DNA from: the human T2T-CHM13v2.0 reference genome, Homo sapiens
Length of the DNA stretch: 64,000 nt
NCBI RefSeq assembly: GCF_009914755.1
Contig: NC_060941.1
Direction: 5' to 3' (one strand)
The translations under genes were made by a program, and so were the position numbers. Each line of letters begins with the position of its first letter. Position 1 is the first letter of the stretch. Shown here piece by piece: positions 63,252 through 64,000 of this stretch. The notes beneath the pieces are model-generated. The model was not told the origin of the DNA. It searched no databases and worked only from the letters and a program-made list of their open reading frames with translations.

Positions 63252-64000
63252 TGAAGTGCTGGGATTACAGACCTGAGCCACAGCACCCGGCCTTGGTGGT
63301 GGTCTTATTGAAGGGGAAACGCTTTTTGAAATCAATAGGATGAAGGTTTTTTAAAAACAATGAAGTCTTAAATCATTAGATTTTAAAGTGGGGTCTGGAG
63401 GTGGAAGACAGCTTATTTCTGCTGTGTAACATTTAGTACTTAACCATACATAATTATCAATGCAAGTTTTTTGTCCTAGGTGCAAGATTATATTTATTTG
63501 AGAGTATCAGGTGAACAAGTTTACATTTAAAGGCGAGAATTGTGTTAAGCATTTGGTATTGACATTATAGTTTTAGTAAAACCATCAAGTTATCTCGATA
63601 GAGTTTGAAACTAAGCTCTTTGGTGGACTGCTACTGTTTATTAAGTAGGTATCACATTTCTATAGCAAGACATAGTTGAGTTTTGTAAATCTACTTGTAT
63701 TTTGAAGGATTGAATTGTGAAAATTATTTGTCTTTTGGCAATCTTTCTGAATAGAGAGCGTGCATGAGCAAGTTTGCATTGCAATTAATAGGTGAAAATT
63801 GCTGAGCACCTAAGTAACCAAAAAGGAGGTGATGAATTAGGTTACAGAATTAGTTTTGTCCACCCTTTACCTGTCTACTCCATTATTTGATTTTTGGCAG
63901 CATTCAGCATGCTTTTTCTGTAAAGGACCAGTAAATAGTAATTATTTTAGGCTTTGTGGCCAGGATGCAAAATTGAAGATATTATGTAGGTACTTAATAT

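Overview
Primate, almost certainly human, genomic DNA. It is very rich in Alu elements and contains no intact protein-coding gene. It reads as the 17q11.2 NF1-REPa low-copy repeat joined to the 5' end of the unprocessed pseudogene SUZ12P1; this locus identity comes from recalled sequence and literature, not from a database search. About 1-55.9 kb looks like a duplicated copy of the upstream region, CpG-island promoter, non-coding exon 1 (donor at 34795/34796) and part of intron 1 of ADGRL1 (latrophilin-1/LEC2, 19p13.1). From about 56.2 kb to the end is a SUZ12 copy with its CpG-island promoter and exons 1-3. All of its splice sites are intact, exon 1 has lost 12 codons in frame, and exon 2 carries a CGA>TGA stop equivalent to R101*. 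The two blocks meet at an Alu that has no target-site duplication (TSD). Notable insertions are a 968-bp HERV-K(HML-2) LTR5_Hs solo LTR with a 5-bp TSD inside an Alu, an SVA with an almost fully collapsed VNTR, a 7SL retrocopy carrying an inverted templated insertion, and a G-rich 17-bp minisatellite. The best candidate for an undescribed system is a chimeric ADGRL1-promoter/SUZ12P1 transcription unit: its upstream ATG would be in frame with SUZ12 exon 3 and bypass the stop if exon 2 is skipped. Almost all ORFs in the supplied track are Alu-derived or low-complexity artefacts.
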